Origin: the human T2T-CHM13v2.0 reference genome, Homo sapiens
Reading direction: 5' to 3'
DNA length: 64,000 nt
Assembly (NCBI GenBank): GCA_009914755.4
Contig: CP068257.2
Coordinates: 19,456,001 to 19,520,000, forward strand
Shown: one piece after another, positions 41,437-57,533 of the stretch
How the letters are laid out: each line of letters begins with the position of its first letter
Position numbering within the stretch: position 1 is the stretch's first letter
Translations under genes and position numbers: made by a program
The notes under the pieces: model-generated
What the model was told of the DNA's origin: nothing
Databases searched by the model: none
The model's input: the letters and a program-made list of their open reading frames with translations, nothing else

Positions 41437-43671
41437 TAATAGTGCTGTATGAAAATTGTATGCTTCTCAATTTTATGCATATATTTTATTCAAAAGGTTT
41501 TAACTTAAATTGTTTCCCAGTATGTATTGAACTTCTGTTATGGCCAAGATACTAGAAAAGATTCTGTATACAGAAAAGTGAATAATAGAAAGTGTGTATT
41601 TATATAAATAGCTAAGTGGCTTAATTTCCTATTGATATTGTAACAAATTGTCACAAAGCTTAAAAACCACACAAATATATTATTTTACACTTCTGTGGAT
41701 CAGAAATTTGAAATGAATCATACAGGGCTAAAATCTGGGTGTTAGCATCTGTTACTTCTCAAAGCTGAGGTGAAGAATCCTTTTCCTAATCTTTTCCAGG
41801 TTCTAGGAGTTTCCCGCATGCATTTGCTCATGGCCTCTTCTTCCATCTTCAAAGGCACCTGCTTAGCATCTTTAAATTCATCTCCCTATCTCTCCCTCTT
41901 TCTTGCTCTCACTCTTTTTTACTCTCACTCTTGCTTTTGCTTTCTCTTTCTCTCTGACTTCTGCTTCTGTGGTTACATAGCCTTCCCTGACTCCCACCCT
42001 CTTTTCCTTATAAGAACCCTTGTGACTACAATAGTGCCACTAGGATAATTCAGGATAATTTTCCCATTTCATCTCAAGATCCTGTACTTAATCACATCTG
42101 TAAAGTCTTTTTTTTTTTTCATATAATTCAACATATTCACAGGTTCCAGGGATTATAAAGGGAATACTTTGAGGGAAGAGGGATTGCTCTGTCTACCATT
42201 GTCAGTATATCTGCATTTTTATTACAGCTTGTATTTAATTATGTATGTGTACATACTGAATGGGAGAAAAAGCACCTCAGTATTCTAATTTCAGATTGTA
42301 GCACAGTCCCTACACACATTAAAATAACTTATTACTAAATTCCATAAGCCTTACTAAAGACTTTAAAGTAAAGTTCCTCATGCTCCAAAATAAACATAGA
42401 TCCTGGTTTTGTATTATCAGCATAGATAAATCTCACTTTATTTTTATGAACACATTTTTATTATGGAATATAAAACCAAGAGAGACAAGAACATAAGCTT
42501 AAACTTGCAACATAATGAATATTTTTTAAAATGAATAACCACATAACCACTGCACAAGGCAAGAATAGAACCCAGCACTCTAGAATCCTTTGTGTGCCAC
42601 TTCCAGGGTAAAACCGTTAGACATAACCACTTTTCTATCTTCTGAGAATCATTTTCTTGATAACATTTATCACTTATACATAGATCCTTAAACAATATAA
42701 TCATACGTGTTTTTATAATATAAATCAATTCATTTTACCTATATTATGACAGTTATTTTCTTTGCTCAAATTATATTTTAAGATCCATCTATCTTTTTGT
42801 ATGTGACTTTGGATTATTTCAATTTTTATACAACATTCCATTGCTTTAATTTATTATGCAATCATTTTAGTAACAGTAAGCTACAGTACAAACAAATAGT
42901 AAGATACAATGATAATACTAACAATGAAGAAAACATTCAGAATTGATTAGAATATGCTGTGGCAACAATCTCCAAACTCCTTGACTTGTCTCTCTACACA
43001 TACCTCACTAGTCTACTCAACATGGAGTTTACACTAACACTCGGAAGTAGCAGCCATATCTGGGATATTGACATGTTCTGTGGCAAAGGGAATGAGCACA
43101 TGGGCTGATCGTGTTCTGTCTTTTAAAGCTTCTGCCACAAACTGACACAGTTCACGTCCACTCCTAATTCATTAGCCACTGTAAGTCACATGCCCATATC
43201 TGATTTCAAGGAGGCAGAGGAGTACCAAATGGGAAAAGACCTGTAAATATATGGCAAATTGCACTGACCAGTTCAACAACTGTGGTATTAATTAGTCATC
43301 ACATATTCAATCCACTGTCCTTTTTGCCCACAAAAGGCACTCACCCTCCATGATGGAGTCAATCCAAAAAAGATCTCATAGAATTATTCTCAAAGTGCAA
43401 GATACCAGAATGATGTGCAGTATTTTCATCATCAGTGCATAATGCACAGTTGTTGCTGCCTCGACCCTGATCTGGAAACTCATGAAATTAAAAAGGTATT
43501 AACTTACCCACATCCCCATCCCTTACCCAACCAACTTTCACTGGAGGAATAGGAACAGGATACCCATAGAGAAAACAATCCATCAGAAAGGGGAGAAAGT
43601 TGAGATCTCACTGGTACATATTGATGCTGAAGTAACACTGGGTAGATGGTTGTGGATATTCCAAATCTTAA

Positions 43672-44083
<412 letters not shown>

Positions 44084-44424
44084 AGCACTGCTCTTCTATT
44101 TGCTTCTTAACTACCTCTGAAGAAGACAGTGGAGACCAGGAGTGTAGGCCTTCATGGGTTCTGGGTGGCTTTGTAGGATTGGTTTTTGTCTATAGGAGTT
44201 AAAGAGCCTAATGGTCCATTAAACTCTGAATATCTACAGACACTTTAGTCCTGGATAATGCTTTCTTTTACAAAATAAAGTGTCCTAAAACTGTCTATCA
44301 TTTTCATTAAAACTTTTTAATGTGCTAATAGAAAATGAGATATAGTCTTTAGATTTACCATATTTTTTGTTTTTTAATTTTTCATTTCACTTACTTCCAG
44401 TTGAATTATGGTTATATTGCAGCC

Positions 44425-45054
<630 letters not shown>

Positions 45055-46119
45055 AGTTGTATTTCATTTTTGTGCCTTTAGTGAGAGAGCCACAAGTTAA
45101 GTCCCTTTTATCTTGTGGCATATTGCTCAGTAGAAAGGATTCGGTAGGTGCCAAATAATATTATTCGAGTTTTTGCTCTGAAACACCTCGATAGAACTGA
45201 AGTTACTTAACAGTGAATGTGACAGTCTTAGCATTTATTTTATCCCTGCTTCAAGTCTGAGTTCAATTGTTCTTGTCACTCGAAGCTCTTCTCAGTTTTA
45301 TATGCCGTTGGCCTTGATTAGCGGTTGCATCTTCTAACCATGACAGTCCTTGGAATGCTTGTACTCTCACTATCTCCACTATTTCCGTGTCCTAACTCAC
45401 TGTTTTCTGATCTGATCTGTTTCTTGTGACAGTTTGCCAAATTCAACTCCTAGGAACCAACCTGTGCTTTTTTCAACCTTTTCCACTGGGACTCCAAGTT
45501 CATTAAGTATATACATTTTTCTTCCAAGTTATTACAGGTGGCAATTGTACCTAATAGTTCAGAACATGTGTCATGGATTCCATGTTCCCAGCCCTTCCTA
45601 GGAGTTTCCTTGCCTTAAAGTCCACAGATCCTAAGTCAGTGTCCCATGTATTTAAAAAAAATTGTTATGACATCATTTGACTTCTAGTTACCAATTTCTG
45701 GTGTGATGGACCATGTTATCCTGCAGTTACAAACAATTTTGAAGGCTTAGTGACTTACAAGAATTGTTTATTTATCGCTCTGTTTATATATCCATCATGG
45801 GTTACCTGGGGCCTTTCTCTTTCTTTACATCTGGACCCAGACTATTTGAACAGACACTTATCTGCAACATTAGGGGTCACTCTGGTGAAGGAAAATAAAG
45901 GAAATGGAGACTCCTCACTATTCTTTACCATTTTCTTCTGATACAGTTTGCTACCATTTGCATGTAAATAGCTAGAGGAAGTCATATAGCCATAACTAAC
46001 TTTAAGGGTGAAGGGGAATACGATTCAGCCATGTATCCAGAAGGGAAAACAACCAGAAACACTGGTGAGCAACACTATAGAACACCACAAATGATAACAG
46101 CATTGAAAAATCTTTCTGA

Positions 46120-46488
<369 letters not shown>

Positions 46489-46735
46489 TAATTCTCTTTC
46501 TACAAAAGACGACATGCAATGAAATCCTTCCGGTTGCAGACACCATGCAAAGCAAAGGGAAAGTTAAACAACTGTTCCTCAAAAGAAATTTTGAATGTTA
46601 ATAGTAAATAATTGATTTTTTTTTTTTTGGTTTAAGGACAAAAAAGCTATAATTTTTAAGAATTGTTATTACTGCCAAGAGTTAATACTGGCGAGTGCCA
46701 CTTTATGACTTAGAGTTGCTTGGTTTCTGGTTACA

Positions 46736-46858
46736 ATTTTTAGTAGAGGCAGGTTTCACCATGTTGGCCAGGCTGTTCAGGGACTCCTGGCCTCAAGGAT
46801 CCACCCACCTCAGACTCCCAAAGTGCTGGGATTACAGGTGTGAGCCACTGCGCCCAGC
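46736..46858 (-). mobile_element. Alu left-monomer-only fragment (FLAM-like or truncated Alu)
   Basis: tttttagtagaggcaggtttcaccatgttggccaggctgttcagggactcctggcctcaaggatccacccacctcagactcccaaagtgctgggattacaggtgtgagccactgcgcccagcc, with no right-monomer sequence adjacent. Confidence 0.7.
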
Positions 46859-47146
46859 CACAATTAATAAAGTTTGTTTGAACATATTATAAAATGTGTT
46901 TAACACATGGTGCCGATATTGTCAAAATTAAAAATTAGAAAAATACACTGCCATTATTATACTAAAATATGACTGCTTATGTCAGAATATCATACAAAGT
47001 TCTGTTACTTAAAAGAAATTATTTACAAATTAGAACTTTTCCAAGAAGTATGTATTTACATATTGTGGCATTTCACAATACAGCACACTTAAAAATAATT
47101 GATACTTAAACATGTTCCTATAAAGTATTCTAAATCAGGTGAGAGA

Positions 47147-47211
47147 CTTCAATATGATTTATAAAAAATGTTGGCCGGGTGTAGCATTCAATATGATTTA
47201 TAAAAAATGTT

Positions 47212-47220
<9 letters not shown>
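47147..47220. repeat. 35-bp tandem duplication spanning the 5' junction of the Alu at 47212
   Basis: cttcaatatgatttataaaaaatgttggccgggtg, then tagc, then attcaatatgatttataaaaaatgttggccgggtg; each copy holds 26 bp of flank plus the first 9 bp of the Alu (ggccgggtg). Confidence 0.85.
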
Positions 47221-47549
<329 letters not shown>

Positions 47550-48689
47550 TCACTTCATTTTTTTTTTCTGTGTTGTGATTCTTCTTTGTGTTCCTTGTAT
47601 GACTTTTGTCCTTTCCATAATGAGTGTAGGATATTAGCAGGAAGGTGACACTGGATTTGTGTTGATGGACTTGGGGAGAACCTTTGTAACGGTGTTTCAT
47701 TAGACTCAGTTCACCCCAGATACCAGCTTATTACCATCTCCTCTAGCATTTATATCTGAGGAACAGAGAAACTCATGTCTTTTGTCCTACCTTTTGTCCT
47801 ATTTCCAAGCTCTGATCAGGGCATATCAAAAAGCAATTTCTGGCTTGTGCTAGTTCCTTATCTTGGGAACAGCTGCAGTTCACATTCCCTAAGTGTGAGC
47901 AAGCACAGATGTCTTCACTGATTGTAAGGCTGAAGGTGGAAGAAAAACGTCCTTACTAGTATGCCTTGATCTGCCCCAGACGTTCCAATCTCTCCAGTTC
48001 ATTCTGCAAACCAGCATTGCAGTACTTTTTAAACCTTGGTGTGATAGTAAAAACAAGACAAAGCCAGGGGTTTCAGAGACAGATAGATGTGTTTGACCTG
48101 TCGTTTCTCCACATCATTTTCATTATCTGTAAATTGAAGATGATTACAGTAGTCGTAGTTCCCCAATCTTAAGCTACATCTCTAGTGTATTTATTTGCCT
48201 ACTACACAGTAGGAATCAATGATAACTGGAAGAGTTGACTGGTATTTCCCTCTCCATATTGTGAACTACATGAATATAAGGGATGCATCTTTTTTTAACA
48301 TTATTGCCATCCTCTCACATCTCCAGCAATATTGTAAACAGACAGCGACCCATATATACCTCCATTATGCTCTAACAGGTAACTGATTTTAGCAGTGACA
48401 TATTTATAATAAATAATTAGTGTATTTTGATTTGAAAAATAGACTTAATAATTAAAACTGAGTTTTATAGCTAAACATTCTGATACCAAAATAGATATAT
48501 ATATTTTTTGCTTCAATATACGACTGACACTTTCTTTGACACTGTGGAAGCCAACTTAGGTAAGGTAAGGTAAAATAACCCTTTAATGTAGTCATTGAAG
48601 TAATTTTTTGTCATACATATTCATCATTTTGTTCAGGTTATGGTATTTTAATGATAAATAATAGTTATATAATGCAGTCAGGTGAATGG

Positions 48690-49105
48690 TGGTCACCCCA
48701 GAAGATATGGCCACATCTGGATTCCCTGAACCTGTGAATAAAAGTTTTCTTACTTTGAAAAAGGATCTTCGCTTATGTAATTTAACATCTTGATATGTAG
48801 AGAGAATCCCGGATTCTCTGGGTGGGCTCTAAATTCAGACAAGTGTCTTTATAAGAAAAAGGCAGAGGGGGATTTGAGACAGACAGAAGTGAAGGAGGCA
48901 GTGGAACTACAGAGACAGAGCTGGAGTGAGGCAGCCACAAATCAAGGCTTGGCGAAGGCCACCAGAAGCTGTAAGAGGCAAAGAACAGATTCACCCCTAA
49001 AGCTTCAGAGGGAATGTGTCCCTGCTAAAATTTGGACTTCCAGCCTGAAGAGCTGTGAGAAAATACATTTTTGTTGTTTTAAGCCATCAGGTTTGTGGTA
49101 ATTTA
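48690..49105 (+). mobile_element. MLT1-type MaLR LTR (3' portion clearest)
   Basis: ...tgtctttataagaaaaaggcagaggg...ccacaaatcaaggcttggcgaaggccaccagaagctgtaagaggcaaagaacag...tttggacttccagcctgaagagctgtgagaaaatacatttttgttgttttaagccatcaggtttgtggtaattt matches the MLT1 3' consensus (ttggacttccagcctccagaactgtgagaaaataaatttctgttgtttaagccacccagtctgtggtatttt). Confidence 0.65.
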
Positions 49106-52095
49106 GTTTGAAATCTTCAGAAAATGAATACAGATGTGTTAATGTCTCTAGTTCTTGGCATCTGTTTCTGAAGATTAAGCACGACTTTTCACAAACAACC
49201 TTGATGCATTTTGTTTTCTTTATAGAATACAAGGAGAAAATTAATATACAAACTAACCAGGAAAAACATCTAATTGTAACAGTCTATAGATATTTTATCT
49301 CGCTTTCTGTCTGTTCACATGTGATGTAGGATAAATATTCAGGTAGTTTTTTAATTCACATTTTTGGAATTTTTACATTCTAAGGGGAAGATTAAATTGT
49401 TTGAAAATATGTGTGCAGAAGTATATAAAATAAATATATAAAAATGGCTATGCATATGTACATACACATACTTATGTGAAAATATTTTAAACATCAATGT
49501 ATGAATATTTAGTTCTATGTGTGAAAAATACTTAATACCATTATTTATTAAACTCAATTCCTTAATTATTAAAATTTACTCCTTTATTAAAAATAAATCT
49601 AAAATATTCACAAGTTCATGTCTTACACATATTTGCCTTGTTGGAAATATTCTGGTAATTTCTATGATAAGAAAACATTCATCATGAACAATTGTATAAT
49701 TTGCTCACTAATGATGATGGTGTCTCCAAGAATTTAGGACATCAGATTGTCATGGTGGGTTCTAAGATTTATCCAGAGTTTCTGTTTCAAGAGTATTTTT
49801 TATGGCTAGAATAAGTTTTCAGGTTACTCTTTAGAAAGTGATTAAAATAAAATTAAGATCCATTTTTAAGTCATTACAATTGGTATCATGTTATTGCTTT
49901 GTATTAATTGTATACACCATAGAGTAATAAGTATAAGGAACAAGACAGCTTGAAAAATAAGTGACACTGGAAATTTAAACACAGTTTGGTGGGATATAAA
50001 GACAAATAATTGCATCCTTCTAGGCATTGAAGCTAAACATTTCTATTTTGGTAATGTTGGCTAGAGCATCTGAAAATGCACATCAGGGTCTCTGGGCAGA
50101 GCAAACACTTCCTGTAAGCCATACCTTCAATAAATAATTCTTGGTGAAAATAAAACCATTAGCAGAAATAATGATAATCTTTTCCTTTTGGGCTTTAATA
50201 AATCATCCTACCGATGCTAACAAATGAAGTATATTATAAAATATGAAATAAATATAAATCTTAAAAATCATCTGAGATTGCCATTTCTCCAGTCTAAGCC
50301 TCATCAGCTATTTCTCTTAGTAGGACCACCAGGGTCCAGAATCTCATACCCTGATTTACAGCTGTTATTTTATTCAGAAGTGCTCATGAAGAGCTTATTC
50401 TTTGGTTTTCTCTTCTGTCACTTTTGTTCAGACCACCATGAAGAAAGTCCTGGAAAATCACTTTATTTTTCAACAATTTAATATGTTACAATTCCTGAAT
50501 CTGCATGCTACTTTTCAAAAATGAACACTAGTGAAATTTGAGGAGTCAAATTAATTCATTGATAAAAATCTCTGAACATTGCTATGAGGCCAGAGTGTAG
50601 CAGTTACTCTAAGAAGGCTTACAGTGTGCAGAAACAACAGAGAAAAGGTAATTTCTTAAATTAACCCTGATTTAACATGTACCCTGCTGTGAAGGACTCT
50701 ATATTTTAAAAATGGGCTATTTATCTATGGTCCAGGAGGCAAAGACTCTCCATTCAGGAAGCAGTAGTATCCTAAACAATACATACCTTCCCAGCATTGT
50801 ACATTTTTGTAACCTTGATTTTTCTATCATGATAAAATTAGAAGACATAACACTTCATAATTTCAAAACGTATAACACTTTTGTAAAAATGGTTTTCAAG
50901 TTTTTCGCTAGAAATTTTGTAAAGTTGCTACAGGTACGTGTAAACAAACTTGATATGATGAAACAACAAACTTCTCCTTATTTCCTTAGATTGTTCTTCT
51001 ATCAGGAGGCACATATTTGTTGTCTGGTGTCTCCTTTAATGATGTTAGCAGCTATTGATGATCTTTGCTAGATCCATTAATTCACTGGCAGTTGGAAATG
51101 GTTCTGTTTTAATGCCACAATTCTTTTCTCATTTATTAGCAGATATTTTTATAAAAAATCCTCTTATCAATGATATGGTTACCAGTGATACCAGAAAGGC
51201 AGAATAAATGTTGGATTTTTCCTATCAATTACTATATTCTAAAATAAAGTTTTGCATTCCTCACACCTTTATTAGTAATTAGTAGTTTTAATAAACATAA
51301 TTATTGACAGTTAGATATGAGAGCATATTTGATAGATTTCATTCCACTCAAGATGGTCTCATTCGTGCTCAAATTTTCTCCTCCTTTACTCATGGAAGGC
51401 TCTTAAATTTAGCAAAGTTCTTTTGACACTGCTCTGGTAGTCTTTTGGAGAGCCTCCACACTATCTGGCATGACAAGGTGTCCCAGGCCTAGGCTGTATA
51501 TCTACTGCCCTGGACCAGGAATCAGGCATTTGTCTGAAGTGAACTGATTAACTGATTACTTTTAGTGGGAAATTGTATCTGAACACCATAAATTGGGTTC
51601 AAGGTATGCTCATTAGTACTGTATTGATCTTTGCTTCCAGACATTTTAGAAAGCAGAGCCAGAAAAATAATAGATACATGAAAGATGATAGATAGAGATA
51701 AATGGATGAAATAAGTAGAAAGTTCATCTGAGTGTTTTAATTCAAATTCAGCCTTTAAGGGATTTTTGCATAATCGGTCATGTTACATCTTGATCTCCTT
51801 TCTTCTGGTTTATAACACTGGGAATAATTAAAGTAACATTTGCTTTATTCCATGATGCACATAAAGCATTCTCAGTTAGCAATAGCGAAAACAACTAATA
51901 TGAATACTATAAACATTTGTGACTTTTTTGGGTAGTTTTTCCTGTCCATAGAGTATATCTTGCTGTAAAAATACAGTCAAATTACTGTGACTGAAAGGCA
52001 CTTGGATAGTTTATGTTTGTGCACATGTGCATATTTAATAACTACAAATATATGTTTAACTTCACTTTTTAAATTATTTGACCGTTTTTTTTTAT

Positions 52096-52398
<303 letters not shown>

Positions 52399-52879
52399 CT
52401 TGACCATTATTTTTATTGTAATTATGTAAAATGTTTTTTGTGGTTTCTGGGTCAAAAAGCAAAGTGCATATAATAAAGTTGTATATTAACACACATCTGT
52501 ATTATATGCACTTTTATTTTTTCCCTTATAGTACATGGTTATAAAAACCATAATTAAATGTAAAGTATTCCTCATTCATTCATTTTCAGAGCTATGATTT
52601 TTGTAGGTGTAGCGTATTTTATTAAACTGTATTTTTGTAGACAGCAATTTTGGTTGTTATTAGATTTCGAGGGATCTCCCTCTATCTTATAGAATGTCAC
52701 AATTATTAGCCCTGGTCATACATCTTTATAAAAATATTTTTGCCGTTGTCCATTTTTGTTATATTCAAAGAAGTTATACTGCTTGGTCGAAGGGTAATGA
52801 TTAAGTTATTTGGTCACACATACCAAGTTACTGTTCATCGGGATTTTAACATTTTTTTGTCTCACTGCAAAGGTGTGAA

Positions 52880-53790
52880 GGTTCCTATTTAGCCAACCCC
52901 TGCTTAGCAGACTATGTGGTTAGGCTTTTGGGTTTTTTTCCATTGGAAGATGTGAGAAAATGGTATTTTTGTTTCTTTATTATTTTCATTTCATTTTATA
53001 TGAAGTGTGTGTCAACGCATCTATTTTTATAGGGTTATTGAAAATTTTATCTATTTTAGGTGTTCTTTATTAAACATATTAACTCTGATTCTTCAGTTTT
53101 GATTTGTTTTAGCTTGACTGTTTACTTGTGGTGTCCTTTGCCCTGTGAATTTTTAATGTAATCAAATGTACCTAATTTCTCATTGCGTCTGGATTTTGAG
53201 TTACAGTTTTAAAAGGTTTTCCCTCTCCCACTTGTAGAAAAGTTGACCAGATTTTCCTCTGTGTATAGTTTTATACTTTCACATTTCAGTCTGGTCCTTT
53301 TGGAATTTACCCTGATGCACAATATGATGAATTCACCCAATTTTATCTTTTTAATATTGTATCTTTTTATTTAAGTATTTTTTTCCCTCACTGTTCTACT
53401 ATGCTGTTTTTCTATTTTGGCGCCTTGGTTTTTCCATCTCTTCATGCACCAAAAACGCATTATTTAAAATATGTTTGGTGTCTTGTAGGCCTTTTCTCCT
53501 TTTTGCTCATTTTTTTTTCAGGAAGTTTTTTTTTTTTTTTTCCAGCAGTTATTTGTATTTATTTGTTTTTTAAGATAACTTTCTACTCATATTCTTGCAA
53601 TTCAGGGGAAATAAGAATTGTGATCATATTGGCATTGCTGTCAATCCTGAAATTAGTTAGTAGAAAACTCAATGTGTTATTTGTTTCACAACGTTTTTTG
53701 TCTATTTTCATACCTTTCATCTTTTAAAAAATCCCAAGTTAAATTGTGTATTATGTACCAACATCATACAATTAAAAATCAACCTTTTGG
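52880..53790 (-). mobile_element. Possible ancient L1 fragment seen in antisense (T-rich, L1-antisense-like)
   Basis: T-rich sequence with L1-antisense-like word usage (ttttgatttgttttagcttgactgtttacttgtggtgtcctttgccctgtgaatttttaatgtaatcaaatgtacctaatttctc...); family not identified with confidence. Confidence 0.25.
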
Positions 53791-53798
53791 CTGGGCAC

Positions 53799-54083
<285 letters not shown>

Positions 54084-56220
54084 TCAACATTTCAAATTAC
54101 AAAACAAAATGATAAAATGGCATTCAAAATAACTTAAAAGATAATATCCTTGCCAAATTAGTTCAAGATTATACACTCCAAACCAAAATCATTGCTGAGA
54201 GAAAGCCAATGAAATTCAGATACATGGAGAGACACATGGTGATCATAGATCAGAAGAATCAACATATGTCAAGGTCTCAATTTCCTAAAATCGATCTACA
54301 CATTTCATTCAATCGAAATGTCTGTCTTTTTTTTTCTTAAAGTTAATATTTCCATTCTTTTGACATCTTTGAATTCCCCTTGAAATACAAGAGAAATCCT
54401 CACCACTTTAAGTCAAACACCTCTGTTCCCAAATATCTGACACATCTTCCTTCATTTATTTCTTCTTTCTTCCACTTACATTCATAGATTTAACTACAGA
54501 CAAAGCAAGACTAGGAAATCTAGTCTTGCTAGATGCATCTTGTTTAATGAAATGCTTAAGAAATGGAATATAGGAAAATGTAGAGAAACAAAGGCATAAA
54601 AGCATGTCAACACTAGTACAACTGATCTTTGAAATGTCAGGGGTCGCCGTGTTGTGAAAAGCAAATTAATATAGGACGCTGAAAGAAATAATGATCATGA
54701 AGAATTTAAAAATGTTACTGGCACTGATATGAATATTCTTCAAGCAATATTACTTTATACTAAAATGAATCCCTAATAGAGATTCAAGTTGATATCCACT
54801 GCAGGTTGCTACATCAAAGCATTTTATTTTTTTGATTACTCCACCAAATTTTTCATGGTTTCTTACCATTTAAAAACAAGAAAACCTCTGACAATAATGA
54901 AACAACAATAGAGTGAAGGGTTTTGAAGCCCATGCTAATATGAATTACAAATTATTTTTATAATAGATTCATTCACTATAACAAGAAAAACAACAAAAAC
55001 AAAAATATTTTAAATTGTGCTTACTTGCTTTTGATTATGCATAATGTCCTTCACCGTCTTGAGCATTACTTAGATGTTTTAAAATTGAATAGCTAATTTG
55101 AAATTGAGTATAAACCAAGAACAACTTACTGCAATTTATGTGTCACCACAATGATGATAACAATCTTCATAAAAATTCTTTTGTCCATCAAAGTATGCAA
55201 TATGTCTTATAACAAATTAAATGTTGATCAAAACATTACAGATAAATAGGCATACTTTTTATATAATAAAACCTTTAGTTCCTTGTTGTTCTGCAAAATT
55301 TTTAAGTAGTCTATAAATCTGTATGTTACAAACAATAAAATGAAGCCAAAAAGAAGTGGGTAAGAGGATTATTGCAAAAGGAAGCTATGGATAGTATAGT
55401 ATAACCAACACAAGAGAAGGTATAAATTAAAGATGTATTCAGAAGAGATTTAGAATACCCAGTATGCATGGTACAATTCAGGACACTGAGTACAAAACGA
55501 TAAATAAATAAGATGATTATTTATAATCCATGGATTTAATAGTCTTATAGGGAAGATAGTAACTCAGGTAGAGTGTGATAGATTTAACAATACTACTGTA
55601 CTTAAGGAGCTTGGTAAAATATTGACGATTGTGATTTAATTTGCCCGAAGGAAGAAGAAAGGCCAGGAAGCCTTCACAGAAGAGCTGGCACATAGACAGC
55701 AAAAATGGCAATGTCTTTAAATAGCAGTTCTGCCTGGAAACTTTTGCAACAGAGAAACACGTTTTTTGACAGTTTTTACAAGTAACAATGGCTAAAGTGA
55801 GAATATGAATTTAATAATTTCTATCACAATATGCCATTGTAAAAATTTTAAAAGGTAAGATTTTAGAATATGTGATTATATAAAATACTTATAATATTGG
55901 TTACTGAGTAAAATATTTTAAAATATTATAGTTCATACAAATACACTTTAAGAAAATACACTATTTCCATTGGTGTTATCACAGCCTTACTTTTTATTTT
56001 ATATCCAGGGTTTTTTGTTTTGTTTTGTTTTTTCATGGATTATAAAATGTTATAGAGGGAAAATTGTCTTTCTGACATGAATTTTGATCTGATTCTTCTG
56101 ATCATATGTTTAGGTCTTCTACAGTGATACTTAAATAATCTATAGGGACTGAAATTACTTGGGTGTACTAGGCAGCATTTTCCAGAGAAACAGAACCAAT
56201 ATATACTCAATAGAATATAT

Positions 56221-56330
56221 ATGTGTATGTGTGTGTGTATATGTGATTATATAAAATACTTACAGGATATATATATATATATATATATATATGGATTATA
56301 TAAAATACGTGTATGTGTGTGTGTGTTTTT
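56221..56330. repeat. Compound microsatellite (TG)n/(TA)12/(TG)n with a locally re-duplicated 20-bp motif tgtgattatataaaatact (copies also at 55870)
   Basis: atgtgtatgtgtgtgtgtatatgtgattatataaaatacttacaggatatatatatatatatatatatatggattatataaaatacgtgtatgtgtgtgtgtg. Confidence 0.8.
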
Positions 56331-56581
56331 CCTTTACTCAGAGCCATTTAACGTATTAAAGAACAGCTTTAAAAAAAACTTAAATTCACAGTTTCTTAAC
56401 AGCAATACATTTAATACCTTCGCAAGATTTCAAGTGAAAAACATACATTATTCATGCTACGGGTTTTAAATTTTCCTTGGATAACACCAAAAACATGGTA
56501 CTCAAACTGCATGTTTTAACATGAGGAACATGAACTATCATTTTGACACAAAGACAGGTTAAACAAAATAAAGGCAATGTG

Positions 56582-56950
56582 GAACTACTCCAGTACCAGT
56601 GGACTTGCTGAAATCTCGCGCCCTGTCCCACTCCGGAACTCATACCGCTGCCTTCTACTCCGGAACTCAGACCGCTGCCTTCTACTCCGGAACTCAGACC
56701 GCTGCCTTCTACTCCAGCACCAGTGGACTTCCTGAAATCTCGCGCCCTGTCCCACTCCGGAACTCATACGGCTGCCTTCTACTCCGGAACTCATACCCTT
56801 TGCCTTCTACTCCGGAACTGATACCCTTTGCCTTCTAAGCCAGCACTAGTGGACTTCCTGAAATCTCGCGCCCTGTCCCACACCGGAGCTGGTACCGCTG
56901 CCTTCTACTTCAGCACATGGAACTCTGCCTCCGCAGTTCTTAGTCCGTAC
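56582..56950. repeat. GC-rich, CpG-containing hierarchical minisatellite: 27-bp unit (ccggaactcataccgctgccttctact) in triplets, alternating with a ~43-bp block (ccagcaccagtggacttcctgaaatctcgcgccctgtcccact); ~124-bp higher-order period, ~2.8 copies
   Basis: Read directly: 27-bp units at 56623, 56650, 56677, 56748, 56775 (28 bp), 56803 and 56873; 43-bp blocks at 56582, 56704 and 56831. ORFs 56585-56794(-) and 56599-56838(+) with periodic peptides are by-products. Confidence 0.9.
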
Positions 56951-57125
56951 CCGGCATTTCAACAAAAATGTAAATATTCAGAGATGTGTCACTGAATGAG
57001 AATTACTACAACATGCTAAAAAAAAGACAATTTATTTGTTGAATGTTGAAAGAAGGGGCTAGAATCAGTTGAAATTTAGAGTAGAAGGAAAATTTTGGAG
57101 TGACTCAGTCACTTCACTCTGATTT

Positions 57126-57315
57126 CATTTTATTTTTTATTTTTTGAGACAGGGTCTTGCCCTGTCCCCTAGGCTGGAGTGCCGTGGTATACTCATGACT
57201 CACTGTAGCCTCAATATACATACACTAATATATATATACACTAATAATGCAGCCACAGTATACATACATGCCGTGGTATACTCATGACTCACTGCAGCCT
57301 CAGTATACATACACT
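57126..57315 (-). mobile_element. Short Alu 3'-end fragment, with a ~45-bp piece of it plus flank duplicated ~90 bp downstream
   Basis: ttttttgagacagggtcttgccctgtcccctaggctggagtgccgtggtatactcatgactcactgtagcctcaatatacatacact; gccgtggtatactcatgactcactgcagcctcagtatacatacact recurs at 57270-57315. Confidence 0.6.
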
Positions 57316-57349
57316 GTATATATATGTATATATACATACACTAATAAGT

Positions 57350-57533
57350 ATCAACAGATATATATTTAATAAATTTATATATATACACACTAGCGCATAT
57401 GCACACATACATCAAAAACATACATATATACTATATATAATATATAGTAATATAAAAACGTACATGTTTTTGATGTGTGTGCATATGCACTGGTGTGTAT
57501 ATATATAAATTTATTGAATATATATATATCTGT
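57350..57533. repeat. Long AT-rich near-palindrome (~72-bp arms at ~93% identity, ~34-bp AT spacer that is itself partly palindromic)
   Basis: Left arm atcaacagatatatatttaataaatttatatatatacacactagcgcatatgcacacatacatcaaaaacatacat; right arm acgtacatgtttttgatgtgtgtgcatatgcactggtgtgtatatatataaatttattgaatatatatatatctgttgat is its reverse complement. Confidence 0.85.

Noticed and set aside
56582-56950. CRISPR-like array (regular direct repeats with intervening sequence)
   Set aside because: The context is eukaryotic. The 'spacers' (43-bp blocks) are themselves repeated and near-identical, whereas true CRISPR spacers are unique. The units are contiguous, as expected of a minisatellite, and there is no repeat-spacer architecture. 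There are also no cas genes.
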